From Candidatus Latescibacterota bacterium (lineage in GTDB: Bacteria; Latescibacterota; UBA2968), in the NCBI GenBank assembly GCA_965204375.1, contig OZ241986.1:2208001-2272000 (forward strand): DNA of 64,000 bases, written 5' to 3'. Made by a program: the position numbers and the translations under genes. Position 1 is the stretch's first letter; every line of letters begins with the position of its first letter. Shown one piece after another: positions 21,773 to 32,104 of this stretch. Below the pieces are notes generated by a model, which saw nothing but the letters and a program-made list of their open reading frames with translations, did not search any database and had not been told where the DNA came from.

Positions 21773-23761
21773 TTAAGCAACCTCTGCCTTTAACCTTGCA
21801 ATCTCATCGCGATATTGCGCCGCCTTCTCAAACTCCAGATTCTCAGCCGCTTCGCCCATCTTCCGCGTCAATTCTTCAATTATATCCAGCCGATTGACAC
21901 CCTCCATATACTCTGGCGACTCCTCGGCAACCAATGGCAACTCGTCGGCCTTCTCATCGGCCACAGCCGTCGTCTGGAGAATCTCTTCTCTGGTCTTGTA
22001 AAGCGTCTCAGGCGTAATGCCGTGTATAAGATTATACTCCTCCTGCAATGCCCGGCGGCGATTTGTCTCGTCAATGGCACGCTGCATCGAATCCGTCACC
22101 TTATCCGCATACATAATAACCGTACCTCTTGCATTGCGCGCGGCTCTCCCAGCCGTCTGAATCAACGACCGCTCCGACCGCAAAAACCCCTCCTTATCTG
22201 CATCCAGAATAGCGACCAGCGACACCTCTGGCAGATCCAACCCCTCGCGCAACAAATTCACCCCTACGAGCACATCAAACTCACCCAAACGCAAATCCCT
22301 GATAATTGCCACGCGCTCGAGCGAATCGACATCTGAGTGCATATAGCGCGCCTTGATACCCAACTCGCGCATATACTCCGATAAATCCTCTGCCATGCGC
22401 TTGGTCAGCGTCGTCACCAGCACGCGATCACCGTGCTCCACCCGCACCCGCGATTCCTCGATGAGATCATCAACCTGTCCGCGCACAGGTCGGACCACCA
22501 TCTCCGGATCGAGCAACCCCGTCGGACGAATCACCTGCTCCACCACCACGCCCTGACACTGTTCCAACTCGTAATCAGCAGGTGTCGCCGACATAAAAAC
22601 AATCTGCTTTGCCTTCCGTTCAAACTCCTCAAAATACAACGGGCGATTATCCAATGCCGCAGGCAACCTGAACCCGTGCTCTATCAATACCTCTTTGCGA
22701 GACCGATCTCCATTCCACATCCCGCGCAACTGCGGAATCGTCACATGGGATTCATCCAGCACAATCAGAAAATCATCCGAAAAATAATCCAGCAACACAT
22801 AAGGAGCTTCCCCGGGTTTTCGCCCATCGATATACCGCGAATAATTTTCAATACCCTGACAAAAGCCAATCTCGCGCATCATCTCGATATCGTAGCGCGT
22901 ACGCATCTCCAACCGCTGCGCCTCTAGCAACTTACCCTGATCATTAAACTCCTCCAGTTGCTTGGCCAAATCCACCTCAATCTGGACAATGGCTTTCTCA
23001 ATGCGATTGCCACTGGTTACAAAGTGCTTCGCCGGATAAATGACAAGTCGATCTCGTTCCGCAAGAACCTCGCCCGTCACGGGATGCACCTCACTCAACG
23101 CGTCTATCTCATCGCCAAAAAACTCCACGCGCACCGGATGCTCGCGCTCGGGCGGATAAATTTCGACCACATCGCCCCGCACCCGAAACGCGCTCGGCTC
23201 AAAAGCCACATCATTGCGTGTAAAATGAATATCCACCAGCTTGCGCAACATAGCATCGCGATCCATCTCTGCACCGCGATCCAGAATCACCAGATGATCT
23301 TCGTATTCATCGGGATTGCCAATACCGTAAATACACGACACACTCGCCACAATGATCACATCTCGCCGCTCCATCAAAGCACTTGTGGCACGCAGGCGCA
23401 AGCGGTTGATCTCATCGTTGATATCCGCTTCTTTTTCAATAAATGTATCCGTCACCGGCTTATACGCTTCGGGCTGGTAATAATCGTAATACGAAATAAA
23501 ATACTCCACAGCATTATTCGGAAAAAAGCTCCGAAACTCACCGTAGAGTTGTGCCGCCAGGGTTTTGTTGTGAGAAATTACGAGCGTGGGCTTTTGAACA
23601 GATTCAATCACCTTGGACATTGAAAACGTCTTACCCGTACCCGTTGCCCCCATCAAAGTCTGGTATGGCGCGCCATCTCGAATACCCTCGGCAAGTTCTT
23701 CAATCGCCTGGGGCTGATCACCGGCAGGCTCAAAAGGCGATATCACTTCAAATCGCGGCAT
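21773..23761 (-). CDS. uvrB: Excinuclease ABC subunit B
   Basis: [43 protein letters not shown] tail. Confidence 0.98.
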   Translation of the reverse strand: MPRFEVISPFEPAGDQPQAIEELAEGIRDGAPYQTLMGATGTGKTFSMSKVIESVQKPTLVISHNKTLAAQLYGEFRSFFPNNAVEYFISYYDYYQPEAYKPVTDTFIEKEADINDEINRLRLRATSALMERRDVIIVASVSCIYGIGNPDEYEDHLVILDRGAEMDRDAMLRKLVDIHFTRNDVAFEPSAFRVRGDVVEIYPPEREHPVRVEFFGDEIDALSEVHPVTGEVLAERDRLVIYPAKHFVTSGNRIEKAIVQIEVDLAKQLEEFNDQGKLLEAQRLEMRTRYDIEMMREIGFCQGIENYSRYIDGRKPGEAPYVLLDYFSDDFLIVLDESHVTIPQLRGMWNGDRSRKEVLIEHGFRLPAALDNRPLYFEEFERKAKQIVFMSATPADYELEQCQGVVVEQVIRPTGLLDPEMVVRPVRGQVDDLIEESRVRVEHGDRVLVTTLTKRMAEDLSEYMRELGIKARYMHSDVDSLERVAIIRDLRLGEFDVLVGVNLLREGLDLPEVSLVAILDADKEGFLRSERSLIQTAGRAARNARGTVIMYADKVTDSMQRAIDETNRRRALQEEYNLIHGITPETLYKTREEILQTTAVADEKADELPLVAEESPEYMEGVNRLDIIEELTRKMGEAAENLEFEKAAQYRDEIARLKAEVA

Positions 23762-23905
23762 AATGATTTTCCCTAGTAAACAGTGGTCGGTCCCAGTCCC
23801 CCTCTTGACTCACCCCCATAACTACTTTAATTTAGAAAGAGTATTACCGAAATGCAAGGTCAACCCCGCTGTTTTCACCTGCGGGGGAACGCACAGGAGG
23901 TTTCC

Positions 23906-25093
23906 GTGAAAATTTTTCTCAAAAGCACAGTCCTATTCGCGCTATTTAGCCTGATGACCTGCGGGGGAAACAGCACAGATACACTGGGACCGGGGGATTC
24001 GGGCAATCCTCCTGCCACCTCTGGCGATACGACATCCGGCAATACCCAAACCTCTGGCTCAGTCAATCGCGAACCGCAAGCAGGCGGCAATTTTCTCAGT
24101 GACTTTCCCAAAGACAGAATTCTATCGGGCGGCGTACCCCCCGATGGCATTCCAGCACTCACCGACCCCAAATTTGTCGAACTCACATCCAGCGAAGCCG
24201 CTTACCTCAGCGATGAGGACCTCGTGCTCGGCGTGGTCCTCAATGGCGAAGCCAAAGCCTATCCCCACAACATGGGCTGGTGGCACGAAATCATCAACGA
24301 CGTGGTTGGCGAACACCCCATTATCGTGAGCTTTTGCCCACTGACGGGAACGGGACTCATCTTTAATGGACAGGGCAGCGACCAGTCGCGCATCCAGTGT
24401 GGGGTTTCCGGTTTGCTATTCAACAACAACCTCATTATGTACGACCGCCGCCAACAGGGAATCCTGTATCCCCAGATGATCCACATCCCGGTTGAAGGTG
24501 GAACCGACGAATTACAACTCCTGCCCGTAATCGAAACCACCTGGCGCTACTGGAAACAACTCTATCCCGATTCCAAAGTCATCAGTGCCGATACGGGTAT
24601 TTACGCACCCAGCAGATACCAGAGCTATCCCTATGGCAACTATCGGGACCCGAATACCGCGCCGCTTTTCCCCTCCTTCCCCAGTTTGCTCGACAATCCA
24701 ACCGCGCAAATATTCCCCCCCAAAACCCTCACATTGGGTATTCGTTTCGGTGAAACCGCCAAAGCCTATCCCTTTCCCACCATGGGGACAGAAGCCGTCA
24801 TCAACGACGTAGTCGCGGGCAATGCCATTCTCGTCGTCTATTACCACCAGGAGCAATACGCAAGACCTTTTGATCGGGTGGTTGACGGTCAGACCCTCAC
24901 ATTTGAGAAAGCGCTTCCCCGCGATACGGTCTATCCCTTTCTGCTGCGCGACCAGGAAACGGACAGCACATGGAACCTCAAAGGCGAAGCTATTGCCGGA
25001 TCACTCCAAAATAAGACCTTAAAGCAACTACCTGCCCACAATGCCTTCTGGTTTGCCTGGGCAACCTTCTGGCAAAACACGGGCATTTATTAG
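23906..25093 (+). CDS. DUF3179 domain lipoprotein
   Basis: GGVPPDGIPAL, HEIIND, FCPLTG, SGLLFNNNLIMYDR, FWFAW; GTG after AGGAGG. Confidence 0.85.
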   Translation: MKIFLKSTVLFALFSLMTCGGNSTDTLGPGDSGNPPATSGDTTSGNTQTSGSVNREPQAGGNFLSDFPKDRILSGGVPPDGIPALTDPKFVELTSSEAAYLSDEDLVLGVVLNGEAKAYPHNMGWWHEIINDVVGEHPIIVSFCPLTGTGLIFNGQGSDQSRIQCGVSGLLFNNNLIMYDRRQQGILYPQMIHIPVEGGTDELQLLPVIETTWRYWKQLYPDSKVISADTGIYAPSRYQSYPYGNYRDPNTAPLFPSFPSLLDNPTAQIFPPKTLTLGIRFGETAKAYPFPTMGTEAVINDVVAGNAILVVYYHQEQYARPFDRVVDGQTLTFEKALPRDTVYPFLLRDQETDSTWNLKGEAIAGSLQNKTLKQLPAHNAFWFAWATFWQNTGIY

Positions 25094-25135
25094 ACGGACA
25101 TGTCCCTCTAAAAATACAGGCGAATTGCCTGAATT

Positions 25136-26038
25136 TTGGACTCCTCTATGCACTGCTTTTATTGGCTTGCCCTCTTCATACTTTTGCCCCATACAGCTTA
25201 TGCAGGTGCCTGGACACTCTCAAAAGGCCATATCTGGGGCAAAATCACAGGCATGGCGCAATCGACAAATGAAGAATATGTAGCCGTTGGGGGCGCAGGT
25301 CGCGAACCCGATCTCAATCGCCTCTATGAACCCGGAGACCGCGCGCACTATCGCGAAAATGGACACTACAATTCACAGGCACTCTTCATCGACCTGTTTT
25401 ACGGTCTGAGCGATCGCATCGACTTCGGCATACAAATACCCTACTATCGCCGGGAATTTGAAAACGTCGGCTTCAGGCCAACAAATATTGCATCGGGGTT
25501 TGGTGACATGCGAGGATTTGCGAAAATCAACATTGCCCAAAACCCTGTTGTGGGCACAATAAAAGTTGGGACCAAAATCCCCACCGGAAAATTCCAAAAC
25601 CAGGATGGGATTATTTCTGCTGGCGAAGGCCAATGGGATTTTGAATTAATTGCACAAATCGGTCGATCTTTTTGGCCCTTCCCTCTTTACGCCAACATCG
25701 ATATGGGGTATCGCGTCCGCCTGCAAAACAATACCACCAACTACGATCCCGGCGACGAGTGGTTTTTGAACTCAGAAATAGGTTATAATCCCGTGAATAA
25801 ACTCTTATTTATACTCAAATTAGAGGGCATCAAAGGCAGGCCATCTCGCGTATTGGGCCTCCAGCTATCCAGCGATATCAGGCGCATTACCTATTTCGCG
25901 CCCACGCTCCTCATAGGCCCCTTTCAAAACCTGAGCCTCGAGACCTCGGTGCGTATAACCGCTGGCGGGCGCAATTTCCCCGCCGGCCATATATGGACCG
26001 CAGGGATTTCATACTCAGGTCCCTCGTCTAAAATGTGA
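25136..26038 (+). CDS. Putative outer-membrane beta-barrel protein
   Basis: Signal peptide ending AYA-GAWT, amphipathic strands, GFGD motif. Confidence 0.6.
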   Translation: MDSSMHCFYWLALFILLPHTAYAGAWTLSKGHIWGKITGMAQSTNEEYVAVGGAGREPDLNRLYEPGDRAHYRENGHYNSQALFIDLFYGLSDRIDFGIQIPYYRREFENVGFRPTNIASGFGDMRGFAKINIAQNPVVGTIKVGTKIPTGKFQNQDGIISAGEGQWDFELIAQIGRSFWPFPLYANIDMGYRVRLQNNTTNYDPGDEWFLNSEIGYNPVNKLLFILKLEGIKGRPSRVLGLQLSSDIRRITYFAPTLLIGPFQNLSLETSVRITAGGRNFPAGHIWTAGISYSGPSSKM

Positions 26039-26195
26039 CGCTATACCCGCCGAGTTTATACATCTTCCCCAAATCTGTATTTACCGTATTGTAAAAAAAT
26101 CTTCTTTTATTTATCTTCACACACAAGCAGTTTGAACAGTGGACCGATTACCGCTGGGCTGCTTATGGTAAACCACCTCATTAGAAAGGATCGCA

Positions 26196-27029
26196 ATGAG
26201 CACTTTCACGCCACATTCTAACTCCTGGATAAAGTTCCTTCTCGCCATCGCGCTCTGCGCCTTTTTGCCCCATACTGCTTATGCAGGTGCCTGGACACTT
26301 CAAAAGGGCCAGATGTGGAGCAAACTCAACCTCCTGGTTCAATCGACCTCAGAACACTATTTGGAAAATGGAGATATAGGGGAATTTCCCGCTACTTACA
26401 AGTCTAACCAGTTATTTTTTGATGTGTTTTACGGCATAAGCGACCGCGTTGATGTCGGCCTCCAAATCCCTTATTGCGGCAATAAATTTGTAGATATTGC
26501 CACCGCTGTAGGACTTCCAGAGGAGAATGCAAAAGAATCGGGTATTGGCGACCTGCGGGGATACACGAAAATCAACCTCGTACAACAAGCTGTTGTAGCC
26601 ACCCTGAAACTCGGATTCAAAGCCCCAATAGGTGAATATCGCCCAGCGCCCGAAGCCATATCCGTAAGCGAGGGCCAATGGGATTTTGATGTTATCTTTC
26701 AAATCGGCGGATCTCTTTATCCCGCCCCGATGTACGCCAACATCGACCTGGGCTTTCGCCTGCGACAAGAAAACGAGACTGGCTACGACCCGCCAGAAGA
26801 GTTGATTTACAACGCCGAAATAGGCTATAGTCTTACCGACAAATTTCTCTTCGCCCTCAAATTGGAAGGCTTAAGAGGCGATGACAGACGCACCACCTAT
26901 GTTGTGCCCACGGTTCTGATTGGCCTGAATCAAAACCTGAGCCTTGAAACATCAATGCGTATGACCGTCAGCGGGCGCAAGGCTTTCGCTGGCAATATAT
27001 GGGCGGTGGGAATTTCTTATCAAAAGTAG
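26196..27029 (+). CDS. Putative outer-membrane beta-barrel protein (paralogue)
   Basis: Shares LPHTAYAGAWTL, GQWDF, YANID.G.R, GISY with the upstream gene. Confidence 0.6.
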   Translation: MSTFTPHSNSWIKFLLAIALCAFLPHTAYAGAWTLQKGQMWSKLNLLVQSTSEHYLENGDIGEFPATYKSNQLFFDVFYGISDRVDVGLQIPYCGNKFVDIATAVGLPEENAKESGIGDLRGYTKINLVQQAVVATLKLGFKAPIGEYRPAPEAISVSEGQWDFDVIFQIGGSLYPAPMYANIDLGFRLRQENETGYDPPEELIYNAEIGYSLTDKFLFALKLEGLRGDDRRTTYVVPTVLIGLNQNLSLETSMRMTVSGRKAFAGNIWAVGISYQK

Positions 27030-27046
27030 GGAAGAACTGCACGATA

Positions 27047-27085
27047 TTTTTGAGCGGGCGGATGTTTCGCCCGCTCTTCTTTTTT
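27047..27085. terminator. Hairpin between convergent genes
   Basis: GAGCGGGCG..CGCCCGCTC plus T-run. Confidence 0.7.
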
Positions 27086-28289
27086 ACAAAATCACATGCT
27101 CGCCGCCCGTACTCAAACGCCCGTGATCCCAGGGCGTAATCCAATCTTCGGCAATATCCATTCCAAATCCCGGCGCATCCGAAGGCACCAGATAGCCATC
27201 TTTGGGCACGGGCACGCCCGGCATCCGTGCGACCTCTTTTAGGGGCACCCCCACGGGTGTACTCAAATGAAACTCACACAGAGTACACTCGGGCATCGCA
27301 TAGCAAAAATGCTGTCCATAAGCCGAATTACACCCCCCGTGCGGACTGCTCTTAATACCAGCGGCTTCGGCAATATGGTGAATCTTCACAGCTTCGGTCA
27401 TCCCTCCGCACCAGTGCAAATCGGGTTGCACGACATCCACACAGCGATTCTCCACGAGTTGGCGAAACGGAATCCGCGTGTGATGGTCCTCACCCGTTGC
27501 GATGGGGATCCAGGTCATGGCTTTTTTCAATTGAATATGCCCTTCGAGGTCTTCCGGAAACAGCGGCTCTTCCATCCACTTCAATTCGTAGGGCCTGAGC
27601 CTTTCCCCCAGACGAATGGCAAACTCCACATCGTAAGCCATCACGGGATTGATCATCAACTCGGCATTCACGCCCACGGTTTCTCGCGCAAGGGCGACCT
27701 TTTCCTCCATAATATTTATACCCGTGATACCCTGCTCGTAATGCACGGGATTCGTAATTTTAAACGCCTCAAACCCAAGTTCCATCGACCAATCCAGATC
27801 ATCGCCTGTACAATAACACCGAATTTTCTCGCGGGATGGTCCACCGAGCAATCTGTAAACGGGCTGGTCGAGCAACTTCCCCTTCAAATCCCACAAAGCC
27901 AGATCAATTGCACTCTGCGCGCAAGCAGACAATCCCAGCGACCCATGCCTTTTGGAAGCCCGCCACATCATATCATTGAGATGCTCTGTAGCAAAACAGT
28001 CTCGTCCTTCCAATAGTGGCGCGTAAAAAGCATCGACTAATGCGGCAACCGGTTCGCCAAATCCCGTTCTGCCCAGGCCCCATGTACCATCCTCAGCCGT
28101 TATTTTGACCCACACACCTCGCCCGCCAATACCCGGCGACTTGCTCGGCACATCTGGCGGAAACTCCGGATATTTATTCATCGGCAGACCAATCGGCGAC
28201 GAATGCCGCCAACTCGAACGGCGTGCGGGTGTTATCGGCTTCTGTTGTGGAATGGAAACATTCACAGCTTCAATGGACTTGATCTTCAT
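27084..28289 (-). CDS. Mandelate racemase / L-rhamnonate dehydratase-like enolase superfamily protein
   Basis: SAIDLALWDLKGK, WMEEP, ATGED, QPDLHWCGG. Confidence 0.88.
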   Translation of the reverse strand: MKIKSIEAVNVSIPQQKPITPARRSSWRHSSPIGLPMNKYPEFPPDVPSKSPGIGGRGVWVKITAEDGTWGLGRTGFGEPVAALVDAFYAPLLEGRDCFATEHLNDMMWRASKRHGSLGLSACAQSAIDLALWDLKGKLLDQPVYRLLGGPSREKIRCYCTGDDLDWSMELGFEAFKITNPVHYEQGITGINIMEEKVALARETVGVNAELMINPVMAYDVEFAIRLGERLRPYELKWMEEPLFPEDLEGHIQLKKAMTWIPIATGEDHHTRIPFRQLVENRCVDVVQPDLHWCGGMTEAVKIHHIAEAAGIKSSPHGGCNSAYGQHFCYAMPECTLCEFHLSTPVGVPLKEVARMPGVPVPKDGYLVPSDAPGFGMDIAEDWITPWDHGRLSTGGEHVIL

Positions 28290-28301
28290 AATTCCTCCAA
28301 T

Positions 28302-28901
28302 TCATGCGTTGAGCATATAGCCAAAAATGAGAAATGCAACCCCAACTCCCACAATACTACCCACCAAAATCTGAGATATAGAATGGGCCTGTAATACGAG
28401 CCGCGCCCACGAAACCAGCCCCGCAGGAACAACAGCCCACCAACTACCATAGAGCGCGATCACCACACCACAGGCAGCCCAAAGCCCCATGGCGTGTAAG
28501 CTAATTTTCCACTGCATCGTTATAAAAAGCGCGACAGTGCCCTGAACTGCGACACAGACCATCAGCGCATACAGCACGGGCGGCGAGTGTATCAGATAAA
28601 GAATGCCAACACCCAGCCAGGAACTCGCAAAATAAAATAAAAGCGGCCGCAGCCGGTCGTGGCGTTTGGGAATAAACAACTCGCTAATCTCACCTCGACG
28701 ACGCATGTACAATACCACACCCCAGGGCGCGAAAACACTAAAAAACAGCGCGATCAAAACACACAATACAATCCAGGTACCCGAACCAGACGCCTCAAGG
28801 GATACCAGCACAATCACAACCCCCAGCACAAACACGGGATTTAAAACCCGAGAAACGCACATGGCAAATTTCTCTTTATCAACCATAAGCCTTCCCATCA
28901 T
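28302..28901 (-). CDS. PAP2-like integral membrane protein
   Basis: WKISLH..., WARLVLQAH..QI..G. Confidence 0.7.
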   Translation of the reverse strand: MMGRLMVDKEKFAMCVSRVLNPVFVLGVVIVLVSLEASGSGTWIVLCVLIALFFSVFAPWGVVLYMRRRGEISELFIPKRHDRLRPLLFYFASSWLGVGILYLIHSPPVLYALMVCVAVQGTVALFITMQWKISLHAMGLWAACGVVIALYGSWWAVVPAGLVSWARLVLQAHSISQILVGSIVGVGVAFLIFGYMLNA

Positions 28902-29048
28902 TTTTAGACAAAATAATGAACCAAGCTCAGAAAATCAAAACCCAAGTTTTTGCTCTCGGATACGATACCTTGACAACACCATTGCATTAAACTATTTTGC
29001 TGACATTATCTACTGATTTGGCAAAGGGTCAGAAAAGAGGAGCATAAC

Positions 29049-29840
29049 ATGACACCTGAAACAGCCATGAAAACGCGGGAAGACATGCTCCGCGACGGGT
29101 ACTGCGTCATAGACGATATTTTGACAGACGAGTTCCTCGAAGAACTGCGCGGTGAATCCGAGCGGTTAATTGCCAATCACATTGAGCATGAGGAATTTAG
29201 ATATCAGGGCCAACACGTGAATGTGCGCGGTGAAGACAATCCGATCATCCAAAAGCTGCTGGAATGGGAACCATCGCGGCGGGCACTCGAACAACTGGGC
29301 TTTGGAGATTTTCAAACTGGCGGCGGCATCATCATCCTCACCAAAGAACCCAAAGGCCCACCGCTCTATTGGCACCAGGACTGGATGCAGTGGAACGATC
29401 CCATCAGTTGTTCGCCCTGGCCGCAAATCATATTTCTGAACTATTATCTAACCGATACCGCAGTGGAAAACGGCTGTTTGAAAGTCATCCCCGGCACCCA
29501 TCTCAAGCGCATACCACTCCACGACCAACTGGTGCCCGCACACGAACAGGGCGCCCGATTTATAGAAGAAACGCATCCCATCATGTTCAGCGACCACCCC
29601 GATGAGGTCAATGTCCCCGTCTCTGCGCGCTCGCTGGTATTGGGCGATGCCCGCATCCTGCATTCTGCTGGAAGAAATTACACAGATGAGCGCAGAACCC
29701 TGATTCTCGCCTGGCACAGACGCCCCACCACTGATGTACCAGACTACTGGGAAGGGGATATCCCCGAAGTCATAGCCAACCGCGACCCCAATCAAAAGTA
29801 CGAGGGGTCTCGCCTCCCCGGCAAATACCTCAAACCGTAA
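29049..29840 (+). CDS. Phytanoyl-CoA dioxygenase (PhyH) family
   Basis: WHQD, ENGCLKVIPGTH, LHSA..N. Confidence 0.9.
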   Translation: MTPETAMKTREDMLRDGYCVIDDILTDEFLEELRGESERLIANHIEHEEFRYQGQHVNVRGEDNPIIQKLLEWEPSRRALEQLGFGDFQTGGGIIILTKEPKGPPLYWHQDWMQWNDPISCSPWPQIIFLNYYLTDTAVENGCLKVIPGTHLKRIPLHDQLVPAHEQGARFIEETHPIMFSDHPDEVNVPVSARSLVLGDARILHSAGRNYTDERRTLILAWHRRPTTDVPDYWEGDIPEVIANRDPNQKYEGSRLPGKYLKP

Positions 29841-29852
29841 AAAAGGTCAACG

Positions 29853-30042
29853 ATGCACAAAAAAACGCCAAACATCATCATCGTTCTCACAGACGACCTC
29901 GGATACGGCGACCTATCCTGCTATGGACACCCGCTCATTCACACGCCCAACCTGGACCGCCTCTGAAAATCCCGAAATTATCGAAAATATTCAGCAGGCC
30001 ATCCAACGCCACCAGCAATCTCTCGTTGACGAAAAATTTTGA
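29853..30042 (+). pseudogene. Internally deleted sulfatase remnant
   Basis: [37 protein letters not shown] joined out of frame to ENPEIIENIQQAIQRHQQSL..*. Confidence 0.8.
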
Positions 30043-30110
30043 CATCCAAACCTCACATTGCGTATTTTGAAAAAAATGACATATAAACTATTGTCTAAAA
30101 GGAGGTCGAG

Positions 30111-30362
30111 ATGGCAGTTAAAAAGCTAACTCTGAGTGCTCCGGAGGAAGTGATTGCAGAGACCAAACTGATTGCAGCAAAAAATAAGACCAGTGTTTCG
30201 GCACTTTTTGTGCGACTTTTTCGAACGATTGACCAGGAATTTGATCCCAAAGACACCATAGGCCCAATTACGCTCCGTGCATCAGGAATCGTGAAGTTAC
30301 CAACTAATCAAACGGAGCGTGAGTTGCTCGAAGACGCACTTGCTGAGAAATATGGGATGTAG
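30111..30362 (+). CDS. RHH antitoxin, DUF6364-like
   Basis: KLTLS..EEVI..K..A....SVSAL..; L..KY tail. Confidence 0.7.
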   Translation: MAVKKLTLSAPEEVIAETKLIAAKNKTSVSALFVRLFRTIDQEFDPKDTIGPITLRASGIVKLPTNQTERELLEDALAEKYGM

Positions 30363-30367
30363 TTTTT

Positions 30368-30799
30368 ATGAAAATTACACTGGATACCAGCGTTCTCTTT
30401 CAGGCACTATATAGCAAACGGGGTGCTTCATATCATATTTTGCGTTGGATTAGTCTGGGCAAGATAACGCCAACACTCACTGTACCAGTATTTTTTGAAT
30501 ATCAAGATGTTCTATCCCGCACTGAATCTCTGAATGCTTTGGGACTAACGCAAGATGATGTTAATGATGTACTGGACATGCTGGTATTAGTTGGAGAATC
30601 CTTCCGTGTATTTTACCTTCTTCGCCCAAATCTACCTGACGAGGGTGACAATTTATTTGTCGAATGCGCGTTTGTAAGCCAAGCAGACTATCTCATTACC
30701 AGCAATACACGCGATTTTTTAAGAGGCGACCTGATATTGCCTTTTGCGGTTTGTACACCTCAGGCATTTTATAGGGATTGGAGACAAAATTATGAATGA
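30368..30799 (+). CDS. PIN-domain toxin
   Basis: LDTSV, EY, PDEGDNLFVECA, LITSNTRDF. Confidence 0.88.
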   Translation: MKITLDTSVLFQALYSKRGASYHILRWISLGKITPTLTVPVFFEYQDVLSRTESLNALGLTQDDVNDVLDMLVLVGESFRVFYLLRPNLPDEGDNLFVECAFVSQADYLITSNTRDFLRGDLILPFAVCTPQAFYRDWRQNYE

Positions 30800-31052
30800 A
30801 CACCGCACAACGATTCTCGTACGACTGCCCAGAGATTTAAAGTACCGTTTGCAAGAGGAAGCAAAGGAACAAGGTGTCTCTTTGAACCAAATGATTAACT
30901 ATTCTCTCTCTCGAGAAATTGCACAGCTTGAGGCACAACGGTACTTTGATCAACGGCTTGAAGGAAAATCAAAAGAAAAAATTAAGCAGAAGTTCTGGAC
31001 AGTTATGGATAAGGTTGGTGATCGTCCAGTGCCCGAATGGGATAAGCCATAG
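30792..31052 (+). CDS. HicB-like RHH antitoxin
   Basis: VRLPRDLK..L..EAKEQGVSLNQMI; overlaps the PIN stop. Confidence 0.8.
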   Translation: MNEHRTTILVRLPRDLKYRLQEEAKEQGVSLNQMINYSLSREIAQLEAQRYFDQRLEGKSKEKIKQKFWTVMDKVGDRPVPEWDKP

Positions 31053-31084
31053 ATAATCTATAAACGATACACAGGAGCCATAGT

Positions 31085-32089
31085 ATGCAAGCCACAGCAC
31101 TCATCACCCATGAGGGTCCCACCTTTGCCTGCGAAGACATCATCCTTCCCGATCTACGCCCCGACCAAATCGCGGTACAAACCCGGTATTCCGGCGTCAG
31201 CATCGGCACTGAATTTGCAGCCATCACCCGAAAGCTCGACTACGGTCCCTATCCCCTGTGTACGGGCTATCAGGCCGTCGGCACTGTCGAACACGTCGGC
31301 AAAGACGCGACCGACTTTGCCGTTGGTGACCGCGTCTATTACCGCTGGAACCGCGTTTTCTCCCTCGCTACATCGGGTCAGAAAGTCTCTGCCAGTCAGG
31401 GCGCGCACACCTCTGCCGCAATCCTGGACACACAGGGGCCGCGAGCCTTTGTCGCTCATCTGCCCGAAGGCGTCAATGAAGCCGCCGCCAGCTCATTCGT
31501 TATGCCCGCCGTGGGCCTCAATGGCGTAGATATGGCCAATCCCCGAATGGGCGACCGCGTTGTCGTGTACGGCTGTGGCCTCGTCGGCCTGGGCGTCGTC
31601 GCTGCATGCAGCCACCGGGGCTGTGAAGTCATCGCCATAGACCTGGAGGCCAACCGCCTCGACATCGCGCAAAAACTCGGTGCCGACCATCTCATTCAGA
31701 GCGCGGATGCAAACCAGGCGGTCCGCGACATCGCCCCCGACGGTGCCGACGTCGTCTTTGAATGCACGGGCATACCCGCCTGCATTGACCCGGCCATTGC
31801 CCTTTGCCGCACCCATGGAACCTTCATCCTTCAGGGCAACTACGGCCGCCACCCCATCTCTTACAATTTCTTACCGCCCCACGGGAAACGCCTCACCATG
31901 TACTATCCCTGCAACGATGGCGAAGCCCCCTGTCGTCGCGCCGTTATCAAAAACATGGGCACTGGCGTTCTCCCCTGGCATCACACCATCACCCATGAAG
32001 TCGCGTCTTCAGATGCACCGGGGCTTTATCGAGACATCCTCAATGGCGAAGACAAAAACATTATCGGTGCCGTCATCAGGTGGTTCTAA
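31085..32089 (+). CDS. Zinc-binding (MDR) dehydrogenase family
   Basis: SGVSIGTE, GY..VG, GCGLVG, DVVFECTG. Confidence 0.85.
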   Translation: MQATALITHEGPTFACEDIILPDLRPDQIAVQTRYSGVSIGTEFAAITRKLDYGPYPLCTGYQAVGTVEHVGKDATDFAVGDRVYYRWNRVFSLATSGQKVSASQGAHTSAAILDTQGPRAFVAHLPEGVNEAAASSFVMPAVGLNGVDMANPRMGDRVVVYGCGLVGLGVVAACSHRGCEVIAIDLEANRLDIAQKLGADHLIQSADANQAVRDIAPDGADVVFECTGIPACIDPAIALCRTHGTFILQGNYGRHPISYNFLPPHGKRLTMYYPCNDGEAPCRRAVIKNMGTGVLPWHHTITHEVASSDAPGLYRDILNGEDKNIIGAVIRWF

Positions 32090-32104
32090 AAAGGAGCAAT
32101 CACA

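Noticed and set aside
23906-25093. Selenoprotein form of DUF3179
   Set aside because: Cys codon at the motif and no in-frame TGA
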